A DNA stretch of 64,000 nucleotides from Planctomycetota bacterium. GTDB lineage: Bacteria > Planctomycetota > UBA8108 > SXIK01. The notes below the pieces were generated by a model that did not search any database, had not been told where the DNA came from, and was given only the letters and a program-made list of their open reading frames with translations. Shown here in pieces: positions 10,334 to 19,584 of this stretch. The DNA is taken from positions 8,352,001 to 8,416,000 of the forward strand of contig OZ244999.1 of the NCBI GenBank assembly GCA_965223265.1, in the 5' to 3' direction. Positions within the stretch are counted from its first letter, which is position 1. Every line of letters starts with the position of its first letter. Both the position numbers and the translations under genes were made by a program.

Positions 10334-11413
10334 TCAGACATCAGATGATTTCTCCGCGCCGAATCTGTGGATCGTTGTCTGGCGATACGTCTCGCCTGGG
10401 CGCAAGAGAGTTGACGGGAATTCAGGCTTGTTCGGCGAGTCCGGATAGTGCTGCGTTTCGAGACAGAAAGCTGAATGCTTCTGAAACGTTTTGCCGCCGG
10501 CGCCGCGGATGCCGTCCAGGTAATTGCCGGTATAGAGCTGAACGGCAGGCTGCGTCGTCCACACCTCGAGGACACGTCCAGTCGCAGGTTCGACCACACG
10601 TGCCGCGAATGTCGGCTCTGTTTGTTCGTTACCACTTCGGTCGAGGATATGACCGTGATCGAGAATATAACAATGGTCGTAGCCGACGTCGAGCTCGGCG
10701 ATGCGAGCGCCAATGCGCGTGCTACGCGTGAAATCGAGCGGCGTCCCGCGCGCCTTCAGCAGCTCTCCCGTTGGCACGAGGTCGTCGTCCAGGGCGAGGA
10801 CATGGTCGCCAGCGATCAGAATCTCGTGGTCGTACACGGTGCCTGAGCCGGGGCCGCGCAAGTTCCAGTAGGTGTGGTTCGTCAAATTGACATGCGTCGG
10901 TCGGTCCGTTTGCGCCTCATAGTCGATGGCGAGGCTACCGTCGTCGTCGATGGAATACGTTACCGCGACGCTGAGTGCGCCAGGGTAGTTCTCTTCGCCG
11001 TCCGGGCTGGCGTAGTGAAACGCGATACCTGCACGCTGGGAATCGACGACCTCGGTTGCCGCCCACACGGCTTTGTCGAAGCCGCGTCGGCCGCCGTGGA
11101 GATGCGTTCCTGGCAAGTTTTCGGCGAGACGGTACTCCTTACCGTCTAAGCTGAAGCGCGCTCCGCCGATGCGGTTGGCATAGCGCCCTACCGTGGCACC
11201 GAAGTACGGGTGCTCGGCCTCGTACTCTGCCAGCGTATCGAAACCGAGCGTCACTTCTTCAGAGTGGCCGTCGCGATCGGAAATCTTCAGCGACGTCAGG
11301 ATGGCCCCGAAGTTGATCACCTTGGCGACCACCCCGCTCGGGTGAGATAGTGTGTACTCGCGGATCTCGTCCCCACTTGCCGTTTCCCCAAAGGCTCGGC
11401 TTTCGATCTTCAT
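10334..11413 (-). CDS. galM: Aldose 1-epimerase (galactose mutarotase)
   Basis: GRYANRI, HLHGG, NLTNHTYWNL, GYDHCY and FCLETQHYPDSPN. Confidence 0.95.
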   Translation of the reverse strand: MKIESRAFGETASGDEIREYTLSHPSGVVAKVINFGAILTSLKISDRDGHSEEVTLGFDTLAEYEAEHPYFGATVGRYANRIGGARFSLDGKEYRLAENLPGTHLHGGRRGFDKAVWAATEVVDSQRAGIAFHYASPDGEENYPGALSVAVTYSIDDDGSLAIDYEAQTDRPTHVNLTNHTYWNLRGPGSGTVYDHEILIAGDHVLALDDDLVPTGELLKARGTPLDFTRSTRIGARIAELDVGYDHCYILDHGHILDRSGNEQTEPTFAARVVEPATGRVLEVWTTQPAVQLYTGNYLDGIRGAGGKTFQKHSAFCLETQHYPDSPNKPEFPSTLLRPGETYRQTTIHRFGAEKSSDV

Positions 11414-11434
11414 GTCTTCGGCTCTATTTGAGCG

Positions 11435-12829
11435 TCATCGCGCCACCGCGTTTGCCGGGCGTGGCCCTTGCCACGGTACGCCTCCGGTGCGTCGGATGTG
11501 TTCTCGGAGCGCTGCGCCGAGCTCTCGCATCTTCACTGAATGGAGTTGGGAGAGATCGTTTTGCTCGCGCGGATCGAGCCGAAGATTGTACAACTCTTGG
11601 GGTGCATAAGGCGAGTTTTGTAGCAGTTTCCAATCGCCGCGGATGACCGCTTCGATCGTCTTGCCACCGTACGCTCTGCCGCCTTCGCGTCGTGTAAAGA
11701 AAACGTCGCGCGCTGGATAATCCACTTTTTCGCCAAGAAGCGTCGGAAGAAAGCTCCGACCGTCGATCCCGGCAGCTGGTTGGGCACCCGCCGCCGCGAG
11801 CAGAGTCGGAAAAATGTCCATCGTCAGGGCGACTTCTTGGGTGGTCGTCGCCGCACCAATGTGTCCCGGCCAGGCTGCGATCGTTGGTACGCGAATTCCA
11901 CCCTCGTATACGCTCTGCTTGCCGTCGCGATAGGCTCCGTTGTTGGCGCCGACGCGGAGCAGACCGCCGTTGTCGGACGAGAAGATCACGAGAGTGTTCT
12001 CTTCCAACCCGGTCTTTTTCAAAGTGTTGAGTACCTTGCCGATGCCGGCATCCAGGTGTTCGATAAAAGCTACGAGACGGGCTCGCGTCGGCGAGATGCC
12101 CTTCTCTCGTGCGAGGACTTTGTCGACCCACTCCTGCGGCGGCTGAATCGGTGTGTGAGGCGCGTTGTAGGCGAGATAGAGAAAGAACGGAACAGTTGAT
12201 CGACTCATCTCGATCAGGTAGTCAGACGCCCACGCGCTGAACAGATCTGTCGCATGACCGGGAGGATCGATGACGGTATCGCCCCGGCGCATGTAGTTGA
12301 TGCCGTGGCGGCGATGGTTGTAGTAGTCATCCATCATGTCGCCGAGAAAACCGTGGAAGAGATCGAAGCCTCGATCGTGCGGTCGATTCGGTTTCTCGAG
12401 GCCGAGATGCCATTTGCCCACGAGCGCAGTGTGGTACCCAGCTGCCTTCAGAAGTTGCGGCAGGAGAACCGCGTCAGCGCTGAGATAGCCCCAGTTGTTC
12501 TCGGCGTGGGTACGGACGACGCCGGGGATGCCGACCAGTTCGGGATATCGCCCCGAAAGGAGTGCGGCGCGGGTCGGAGAGCAAACCGGGCAGTTGGCAT
12601 AGAAGTTCTTGAACGACATACCGCGCGCCGCCAGTGAATCGATGCTCGGCGTGCGCATGTCTTTGGAACCGTATGAGGACAGGTCGGCGAAGCCGAGGTC
12701 ATCGACGAGAATGACGAGAAGATTGGGTCTCTTCGGAACGCCCTCTTGAGCCATCGTCGTCGCTGTCGTCAAGAGGAGATAACAAACGGAGAAAACCAAA
12801 AAGGTGGCGAAGTGACACTGTCGAAACAT
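11435..12829 (-). CDS. Secreted arylsulfatase-family sulfatase
   Basis: Signal peptide; DDLG; CSPTRAALLSG formylglycine motif; GKWHLG; SDNG. Confidence 0.95.
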   Translation of the reverse strand: MFRQCHFATFLVFSVCYLLLTTATTMAQEGVPKRPNLLVILVDDLGFADLSSYGSKDMRTPSIDSLAARGMSFKNFYANCPVCSPTRAALLSGRYPELVGIPGVVRTHAENNWGYLSADAVLLPQLLKAAGYHTALVGKWHLGLEKPNRPHDRGFDLFHGFLGDMMDDYYNHRRHGINYMRRGDTVIDPPGHATDLFSAWASDYLIEMSRSTVPFFLYLAYNAPHTPIQPPQEWVDKVLAREKGISPTRARLVAFIEHLDAGIGKVLNTLKKTGLEENTLVIFSSDNGGLLRVGANNGAYRDGKQSVYEGGIRVPTIAAWPGHIGAATTTQEVALTMDIFPTLLAAAGAQPAAGIDGRSFLPTLLGEKVDYPARDVFFTRREGGRAYGGKTIEAVIRGDWKLLQNSPYAPQELYNLRLDPREQNDLSQLHSVKMRELGAALREHIRRTGGVPWQGPRPANAVAR

Positions 12830-12914
12830 GGATGATGCAACCTCGATGGATGTCGACTCTGTGGTGGAAGGTGCGACGTGAGTGGTAGCCCGAGCGTCAG
12901 TCGCCTAAAGTTAA

Positions 12915-12963
12915 CAACCTGCCTGAAAAAGTGCTTCGGCCGAATGACTTTTTCAACGGGCTG
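12915..12963. mobile_element. 49-bp mini-MITE of the IS1182-like end family
   Basis: CAACCTGCCTGAAAAAGTGCTTCG|GCCGAATGACTTTTTCAACGGGCTG between two TTAA (12911-12914, 12964-12967); matches both ends of the 43400-43557 element. Confidence 0.75.
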
Positions 12964-14230
12964 TTAAGAGGCGGAGCACGTTTTGGCTGTCTTCGGCCGC
13001 TTTGACTTCGGTGTTCTTCTGTAGGATTTTGCCGTTCCTTCCGATCACGAATGTCCAGCGCTGTGCGGTTACGCCGCGCGTCAACGTCAACTTCTTACCG
13101 TCAACGGTGCGCTCGATCGATCCTCCTGGACGTAAAGGCACGCCGAATCGCCGTGCGACGCTGCCGTCTTCGTCCGCAAGCAGCCGAAAGTTGAGATCAT
13201 AGACGCGCTTGAAGATTTGGTGGTTGGCGACGCTGTCGCCACTGACGCCGACGATCTCCGTGTCCTTGCCCGCAAACGTCGCCAGTGCGTCGCGGAAGCC
13301 GCAGGCTTGCTTCGTACAGCCGCCAGTCATGTCGGCAGGATAGAAATAAACGACGACGTTTTTCTTCCCGAGGCGATCGAGTAAACGCCACGTCTCGCCG
13401 TTTTCGTCGACGGCCTCGAAGAGCGGTGCGAAATCACCCACCGCGACACTGCCTGCAGGGGTTGTCGACTTGTCGCGGTCCGTCAGTGGCCGAATCCAAA
13501 CGCTGCGAAAGCTCACAGCCGAGCCGTGATCCTGTAGGAAAAGAGGTTTCTTGTAGAGGGGCTTGGCAGGAACGATTGAATTGGTCGGACCGTAGATCGT
13601 GACGTTGTCGTGAATGAGGACGCCGTTGTGGAACACCGTGAACGTGCCGCGCTTGACCTCGTTGCCGATTGAATCGAAACGCGGAGCCCGGAAGATGATG
13701 TCGAAGCTCTCCCATTCGCCTGGCTTACGGCTGGCGTTCACCAAGGGGGGATGCTGCACGTAGACGGCGCCTGCCTGCCCTTCCGGACGCACCTCGCGCA
13801 TGTAGGAGTTGATGATCTGGATCTCGTAGCGTTCGTGAAACTTGATGCCGCTGTTGCCTTTATGCTTGTCCGCTTCGACATCGGCTGACGTACGCCATTC
13901 GACGTGGAACTGACAGTCCCCGAACGCGTCTTTGGTCGAGATGCTCCCGCTGCCGTTGCTCGTGACGATGCCGTCGGCGACCGTCCAGCGCGCTGGCCCC
14001 CGATCTTCAGTACTGACCCATTTCGAAAGGTCTGTGCCGTCGAAGAGGACGATCGCGTCGGAAGGCACACGAGCGGGTTGTTCGGCTGGAGGGCCAGGAT
14101 TGACATATCGCGGCGGCGGAACGTCGAGCCGTTTCTTGTCAGCGTTTACGGAGCCAGAAGTGAGCGAAATCGTCAGCAGAACTGCGAGCGACGCGAATCG
14201 ATGCAGCAAGACTCGATGGATAGAGCTCAT
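12953..14230 (-). CDS. DUF1080 (3-keto-disaccharide hydrolase-like) domain fused to a BCP/PrxQ peroxiredoxin
   Basis: Signal peptide; PSDAIVLFDG, GNSG, YEIQI and LQDHG (DUF1080); FYPADMTGGCTKQACGFRD (peroxiredoxin). Confidence 0.85.
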   Translation of the reverse strand: MSSIHRVLLHRFASLAVLLTISLTSGSVNADKKRLDVPPPRYVNPGPPAEQPARVPSDAIVLFDGTDLSKWVSTEDRGPARWTVADGIVTSNGSGSISTKDAFGDCQFHVEWRTSADVEADKHKGNSGIKFHERYEIQIINSYMREVRPEGQAGAVYVQHPPLVNASRKPGEWESFDIIFRAPRFDSIGNEVKRGTFTVFHNGVLIHDNVTIYGPTNSIVPAKPLYKKPLFLQDHGSAVSFRSVWIRPLTDRDKSTTPAGSVAVGDFAPLFEAVDENGETWRLLDRLGKKNVVVYFYPADMTGGCTKQACGFRDALATFAGKDTEIVGVSGDSVANHQIFKRVYDLNFRLLADEDGSVARRFGVPLRPGGSIERTVDGKKLTLTRGVTAQRWTFVIGRNGKILQKNTEVKAAEDSQNVLRLLTAR

Positions 14231-14300
14231 CGGCGTACCTCAACGAGATGATTGGGCAGGAGGGATTGTTCTCCACGCATCGATCGAGTCGCGGAAAACT

Positions 14301-14481
14301 TAGCCCGCATTTCTCACCAGAATCCGAAGCGAGGAGCCGTAAGTCGTGTCGTGGCAAGGAAGACTTTGCGATGCGACCGCAGGCGTGCTTCCTGCACATT
14401 GAGGATCGAATCGTGAAGTCTGACGCAGTCCACGGCGCGACTTACAGCCCGCAGTAGGAATCTGGTGAGAAATGCGGGTTA
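14301..14481. repeat. About 180-bp imperfect palindrome (MITE/REP-like)
   Basis: CCCGCATTTCTCACCAGA (14304) pairs with TCTGGTGAGAAATGCGGG (ends 14478); further paired blocks GTAAGTCG/CGACTTAC and AGACTT/AAGTCT; TTA on both flanks. Confidence 0.75.
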
Positions 14482-14615
14482 CATGGGAGACCACCACTCT
14501 AACCCGCAGCTGTCCCGGATTCTACCGCCCGGCAGCCCGGTGTTGGCCGGCATCTCGAGTTGCTAAAGGCCGCGAAGCGACAGCGGCCAAACTGGCGAGT
14601 CGCCAGGTCTGCGCA

Positions 14616-15641
14616 TTACTTCTGCGGCGAGTTCTTGCGGTGTTGGCTCAGCCAGGCAACGCTTGCGGCTGGCAGCATTTCGTGACCACCTTCGAAAATG
14701 GTCAGGCGAACTTTTCCTGCGGATCGGCGCAGATGGATTACGCGCCCGTACGTCGGGTCGACCACCTGGTCAGACGCCTGAGGGTTTCGCAGGTGACCGT
14801 TCTGGCGCGACAGGTCTTTGATGTCGCCGGCTGCCACCACTTCGCCTCCGGCCGCCGCCGCGACGACGTTGTACGCCGCGACGCTGTGCCACACTGGAAC
14901 CGAGCCGCGGTGGCCGTCGTGGACTCCTGTGGCAATATCGAGCGGCACGTTCGTCGCAGCCTCGAGAAAGTGGATCGGGGAACGCTGGTAAAACTCGGCT
15001 GTCACCTCCGCGCTGGTTCCAGGAGCGCCGCCGCAAACGCGTCGCATCATTTCACCGTAGCTCGATCGAGCTTGGAACCGGTGCCACTCCGTGAGGTCGC
15101 TGATGCCTGCCCAGGCGCTCGCGGCCGTCCACACTTCAGGATGACGGGCTACCATCAGCAGTGTCATGTGCCCGCCGCCCGAGACGCCTGTGAGGTAGAC
15201 GCGTGAGGCGTCGACTGCGTGATGCTTCTTTGCCCACGCGACCGCGTCGAGGATGTCGCGGCGCGCCTTGTCGGAGCCGCAGGCGTCGGGTTGATCGTTG
15301 CGGCCGCGAAAATGAGGAAAGAGATAGATCCACCCCCGTTCAAGCGCCGCCCGTTCGAGTTCGGTGTGGCGCTGCTCGAGTCCGCCACTCCATGTGTGCA
15401 GAGCGACGAGAAGCGGCACGGCGGGGCTGCGTTTGTCGTAGCCGGGCGGAAGGATGATCCAGCAAGGCTGCTCCGTGCCGTCGAGGCTGCTTGTGATGAT
15501 GGTCTTCTCGCGATGCGATCCCGCGGGAAGTTCGTCGTCCGCGGCGGACCCAGGTTCGCAAAGCGTGAGCGCACTAAGAAGCAAGCTGAGGAATCGAATT
15601 GACGCCACTTGTCGGCTGGTCGAGAGGGAACTACGTCTCAC
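14616..15641 (-). CDS. Secreted alpha/beta hydrolase (S9 prolyl oligopeptidase/esterase-like)
   Basis: LVALHTW; GVSGGG nucleophile elbow; FEGGHE. Confidence 0.85.
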   Translation of the reverse strand: MRRSSLSTSRQVASIRFLSLLLSALTLCEPGSAADDELPAGSHREKTIITSSLDGTEQPCWIILPPGYDKRSPAVPLLVALHTWSGGLEQRHTELERAALERGWIYLFPHFRGRNDQPDACGSDKARRDILDAVAWAKKHHAVDASRVYLTGVSGGGHMTLLMVARHPEVWTAASAWAGISDLTEWHRFQARSSYGEMMRRVCGGAPGTSAEVTAEFYQRSPIHFLEAATNVPLDIATGVHDGHRGSVPVWHSVAAYNVVAAAAGGEVVAAGDIKDLSRQNGHLRNPQASDQVVDPTYGRVIHLRRSAGKVRLTIFEGGHEMLPAASVAWLSQHRKNSPQK

Positions 15642-15791
15642 TATCCGCTATCCTGTCGTTGTGGATGTGTGGAAGAACCGCTGCGGCGACGCGGTTTGCT
15701 GCGATCGTGGGTGGGAGTGCGGCGGGGAGGGGCTAACCATCAAGCTACGCAACGAATCGCACGTAAACAAGCGGAAACGACTGCGCGTCGC

Positions 15792-16241
15792 TCACTCGTG
15801 GAAGCGGTCCACCCATTCGGGACGCGGAATGTGACAGGTCTCGCGTCGCCCGAACCAGCGGTAGCGGTTGCGAGCAATCCAGCGATAGACGGCGTCGCGG
15901 ACGAACACGGGAACGACGCGAAAGGCGGCGAGGAGTTTCCACGGCAGCGGCAACTTCGCAAACACGCGGAGGATGGCGGTCGAGTGTGTCGACACGGAAC
16001 CGTCGACCTCGACGAGGACGACGCTCTCAAGGCTATCCTGAGGCAAGTCGTGGCGGTGCAGGAGGCCGCGCGCGAACTCCGATTGGAGCGGTGCAAAGTG
16101 GAACAGGCCGCCTCGGTCGCGCTTGAGAACGAAGAGGACCGTTCGGTCGCAGAGGTGGCAGACACCGTCGAAAAGCATGACTGGATGTTCCAGTCCGCTG
16201 CCAGCGGGTGATTTCATCGATGGCTTAGACCCGGCGTCCAT
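15792..16241 (-). CDS. DCC family thiol-disulfide oxidoreductase
   Basis: FDGVCHLC; FAPLQS; RDAVYRWIARNRYRWFG...C; start position uncertain. Confidence 0.9.
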   Translation of the reverse strand: MDAGSKPSMKSPAGSGLEHPVMLFDGVCHLCDRTVLFVLKRDRGGLFHFAPLQSEFARGLLHRHDLPQDSLESVVLVEVDGSVSTHSTAILRVFAKLPLPWKLLAAFRVVPVFVRDAVYRWIARNRYRWFGRRETCHIPRPEWVDRFHE

Positions 16242-16385
16242 CTTCTTCTGCTTCGAAGTTAAAAACCTAACAGGTGGGAACGTCGTCTCTTCCCAACCGC
16301 GGAATCGCGGCGGCGATCACAGTCTTTCTACCGTTTTCGCCACGGCGCCGCTCTCCCTCTCTTCGTCTCAACTCAGCATCTGACT

Positions 16386-17087
16386 TCACTCGTGCGGCTC
16401 GACCGCCAGAAACGGCAGCTGACCGTCCGGGCTTGAGACGAGCCGCGGAACGAGGTCGCAGACTTCGGTGCGCAAACAGTACTCAAGGTCCGCTGTAGGA
16501 TAGTTGGTGTTCGTCGGATCGAGAAACTTCTCCCCCTGCGGGTGGCTGCGAATCGTTTCCCAAGCCGCTTCGAGGTCGAAACGCCTGCCCTCGATGAGCG
16601 CTTCGACGTACGCAGCGGCGAGATCATCCTCGGGCGACGGTATCTCTCCGGCGGTGCCGAGCGCCAGGAGCGACACCTGAGCAGGTCGAGCCCCGTCGAT
16701 GTAGCTCTTGACGGCGTGCGCGTTGAGAAAGGAGCCGCAAATGACCTCTGACGCTTTCTCCCAGGCGGCGACGAAGCCGCGACTGCCCGCGGAGGTGGTG
16801 AGGACGACCGTGCGCCTGGTCAGATCGATGCTCGCCGTCTCCGTCGGTGAGTTCCCGAGATCGAAGCCTTCTGGTGGAATGCCGCCGCGCTCGCCCGCCA
16901 AGACGTAGTCAGGGTGCGCCGCTTTGACCTCTCGCGCTTTGGCCACGGTGGCGACAGGAATGACCCGATCGGCACCGCGGGAGAACATCGTGACGATGTG
17001 GGAAGAGGCACGAAAGACATCGAAGACGACGGCGAGTCCGGTCGCGCGGCGGGCGCCCTCGACGAGCTGAAGTTTCTTGATCTGCAC
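16386..17087 (-). CDS. comB: 2-phosphosulfolactate phosphatase (ComB family)
   Basis: VVFDVFRASS; LAGERGG; FDLGNSP; LTTSAGS; EDDLAA. Confidence 0.85.
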   Translation of the reverse strand: MQIKKLQLVEGARRATGLAVVFDVFRASSHIVTMFSRGADRVIPVATVAKAREVKAAHPDYVLAGERGGIPPEGFDLGNSPTETASIDLTRRTVVLTTSAGSRGFVAAWEKASEVICGSFLNAHAVKSYIDGARPAQVSLLALGTAGEIPSPEDDLAAAYVEALIEGRRFDLEAAWETIRSHPQGEKFLDPTNTNYPTADLEYCLRTEVCDLVPRLVSSPDGQLPFLAVEPHE

Positions 17088-17338
17088 TTGCGCTGGAAGG
17101 AGGGGAATCGTTCCGGAAAAAGTTGATCAGAACGAGGCGAATCGAGGTGTCGTCGATGCTGCTTCGGTGCACCTACTCGCGTCATGCGCCTCCGTCGCCC
17201 AATTCGAACTATACACTTTCAAGCTCGTAGTAGAAACTCATCAGCGCTCCGGGTTAGTGTGGCGCCTACCAGAGACGCGGTACTCGAGACGCTCGCGAAG
17301 CGCTGAGCGTAAAGACTTCGATTGCTGAGAGGTCCCCC

Positions 17339-18367
17339 ATGAACACGAATCACGAAGAGCAGAAACAAGAGCTCACGCGCCGCTCCTTCATCGGCACCGG
17401 AGGATCATTGGTCGGCGCAGCGGCGCTTGGCGTCTCGCTGAGCGGATGCGAGACCAGCGCTCAGCTCTCCGGCGCCTCGAAAGGGTCTACGGACCTCGGT
17501 GAGATACCGCGTCGGCTGCTCGGACGCACAGGAGCGAAGGTCAGTCTTCTTGGCCTCGGTACTGCGTGCACTGGTGAAGGGCCTCAAACCACGGCCGAGT
17601 GCGTCGAGGTCTACAGCGAAGCGATCGACCGCGGTATCAACTACATCGACACCGCGCGAATTTACGGCAATGCCGAGGAGGCGCTGAAGGGGGTGCTGAA
17701 GACGCGGCGTGACGACGTCTTTTTGGTCACGAAGTGTTTTACGGACACGGCAGCCGAAGCGCAGGAGTCGTTCGAGACCTCGCTGCGCACCATGGGCGTC
17801 GATCACGTCGACGTTCTGCATTTACACTCGGCGGGCGATCGTGACCTCGATCGTGTTTTGGCGCCTGGCGGCGCCTGGGAGTATCTCCTCAAGATGAAGG
17901 AGAGCGGGAAAGCACGCTTCCTTGGCATCACCGGGCATAGTCGTCCTGCGAATTTTGTCCGCATGCTCGACACCAAACAGGTCGACGTGATGATGGTGGC
18001 CATGAACTTCGTCGACCGACACGTCTATGGTTTCGAGGAAAAGGTCCTCCCCCGGGCGCGAGAACTCGGCACCGGTGTCATGGCCATGAAGGTGTTCGGC
18101 GGAATCTTGGGTGGATTCGCATTCAACCGCCAGCGTCGTCCGTCGCAGATGAATCCCGCATTTCTGCAGATCGCGGCGCGCTACTCGCTCAGCCTTGAGG
18201 GTGTCACCGGCGTCGTGATCGGGTGTCACGACACGTCGGAGCTGCGGCAGAACATTCGTTACGTGCTCAACGCTCCGCCACTCTCCGAGGCGGAGCTCGC
18301 GGCTCTGAAGTCGCACGGCGAACGGCTGGCGGCAGAGTGGGGCCCGCGTTTCGGGCCGGTTGTGTAG
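17339..18367 (+). CDS. Aldo/keto reductase with Tat-type signal
   Basis: TRRSFI twin-arginine motif followed by LSGC; GINYIDTARIYG; FLVTK; LHLH; GITGH. Confidence 0.9.
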   Translation: MNTNHEEQKQELTRRSFIGTGGSLVGAAALGVSLSGCETSAQLSGASKGSTDLGEIPRRLLGRTGAKVSLLGLGTACTGEGPQTTAECVEVYSEAIDRGINYIDTARIYGNAEEALKGVLKTRRDDVFLVTKCFTDTAAEAQESFETSLRTMGVDHVDVLHLHSAGDRDLDRVLAPGGAWEYLLKMKESGKARFLGITGHSRPANFVRMLDTKQVDVMMVAMNFVDRHVYGFEEKVLPRARELGTGVMAMKVFGGILGGFAFNRQRRPSQMNPAFLQIAARYSLSLEGVTGVVIGCHDTSELRQNIRYVLNAPPLSEAELAALKSHGERLAAEWGPRFGPVV

Positions 18368-18380
18368 TCGGCGTTAGGAT

Positions 18381-18617
18381 CAGAAGCAGAGACGGAAGCA
18401 GAGACGGAAGCAGAGACGGAAGCAGACGGAAGCAGAGACGGAAGCAGAGACAGAAGCAGAGACAGAAGCAGAGACAGAAGCAGAGACAGAGCAGAGACAG
18501 AAGCAGAGACGGAAGCAGAGACAGAAGCAGAGACAGAAGCAGAGACAGAAGCAGAGACAGAAGCAGAGACAGAAGCAGAGACAGAAGCAGAGACAGAAGC
18601 AGAGACAGAAGCAGAGA
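18381..18617. repeat. Tandem array of a 12-mer (CRGAAGCAGAGA), about 20 units
   Basis: Directly visible; two units carry small deletions; starts 13 bp after the AKR stop codon. Confidence 0.95.
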
Positions 18618-18642
18618 AGAGGTGTGCCGCCAAGGGGCGTTT

Positions 18643-18825
18643 GCGGCGGCGGTATTGTCGAGCGTAGCCGGAGTGCGGACGGGGTCAAGGGTGCCCTCGC
18701 TTCGCTCGGCGCTTCGCGCCTTCTGAGAGTGACCGCACCCCGTCCGCCCTGCGGCTCGGGGAGTGAAACGCCGCCGCGTCGGGCGTGCGGCGACAAGTCA
18801 CTGGGCCGTTGACCGGAGTCTTCTC
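18643..18825 (+). other. Conserved structured non-coding leader, copy 1 (cis-element or ncRNA candidate)
   Basis: Shares CGGCGGCGGTmTTGTCGAGCGTA and GTCAAGGGTGCCCTCGCTkCGCTCGGCGCTkCGCGCC with the reverse complement of 19949-20115; nested inverted repeats. Confidence 0.7.
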
Positions 18826-19149
18826 ATGGGCTTTCTCGCTTTGGATCACTCTGTTGGCATCGTTCGTCAGTTGCGTCCGCTTGTCTCGCGTGTGCGTCGT
18901 CACGACTCGAGGCTTGCCGCTCAGCTGCGCGACGCGGGGTCCTCCGTGGCGCTGAATTTGGGCGAGGGCAATCGGCGCTCTGGTCGTGACCGCGGGCATC
19001 TCTGGCGTGTTGCCTCAGGCAGTGCCGAAGAGGTGCGTACGGCGCTTCGTGTTGCTGAGGCTTGGGGCTACGTCGATGCGCAGGAGACAGCTTCGGTGCT
19101 TGGGGACATCGACGAGCTGCAGGCGATGCTTTGGAAGCTGACGCGCTGA
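18826..19149 (+). CDS. Four-helix-bundle protein (23S rRNA IVP / Avd-like family), 107 aa
   Basis: Family signature L..QLR.A..SV.LNL.EG..R......HL.R.A.GSA.E...L..A...GY; GGAG RBS before the ATG at 18826. Confidence 0.88.
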   Translation: MGFLALDHSVGIVRQLRPLVSRVRRHDSRLAAQLRDAGSSVALNLGEGNRRSGRDRGHLWRVASGSAEEVRTALRVAEAWGYVDAQETASVLGDIDELQAMLWKLTR

Positions 19150-19162
19150 GCTTGGGGTCTTG

Positions 19163-19194
19163 GGCCCGTCGTGCCTTTTTTGGCGCGGCGGGTT
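19163..19194 (+). terminator. Hairpin downstream of four-helix-bundle gene 1
   Basis: GGCCCGTCGTGCC-TTTTTT-GGCGCGGCGGGTT imperfect stem; weak U-tract. Confidence 0.45.
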
Positions 19195-19195
19195 T

Positions 19196-19575
19196 GAGGC
19201 GGGGGAGAGGCAGAGGGAGAGACGGGGACGGAACCGGAGGCAGAGACAGACCTCAACGTTGCAAAAGAGACGCGCCTTAAGACCGTGCGCGATTGCGATT
19301 GAGTGAAAGTTTGCGTGTGGGTGTGCGTGGGCGAGGGGGAACACGGCACACCGTCAACCTCACCAAACGTGAGGTCCGCCGCGACGTCCTTCAACTGCCG
19401 ATCGAACCTCAGGGAAAGGGTTTCTGAGCCCTTCCTGCGAAAACTTATGCAACTGTCGGGACAGAGTCAGAATCAGAGACGGATGACGGATAGAGATACA
19501 GAACCAGATGACAGAGTCAGCGACGGAGACAGAATCAGAGACGAGATGACAGAGTCGGAATCAGATCCAGAAGTC
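19196..19575. repeat. Degenerate GAnnCR hexamer array between the convergent four-helix-bundle genes, interrupted by the MITE
   Basis: GAGGCG GGGGAG AGGCAG...GAGACA on the left; GAGTCA GAATCA GAGACG...GATACA GAACCA...GATCCA on the right. Confidence 0.7.
19252..19459 (-). mobile_element. 208-bp MITE, copy 2 (inverted)
   Basis: Reverse complement of 2412-2619 with one visible near-terminal mismatch; GAC at 19249-19251 and 19460-19462. Confidence 0.85.
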
Positions 19576-19584
19576 GCCGTGAGC

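Noticed and set aside
16386-17087. Coenzyme M biosynthesis inferred from comB
   Set aside because: ComB-family phosphatases are widespread in bacteria without CoM, and no comA/C/D/E is nearby.
18381-18617. Possible CRISPR array
   Set aside because: The units are contiguous 12-mers with no unique spacers, and there are no cas genes.
18626-18635. GCCGCCAAGG near both cassettes (also 20244-20253 on the minus strand, and a similar word near 2717)
   Set aside because: Its position relative to the arrays differs between copies, and a GC-rich 10-mer can recur by chance; not used as a boundary.
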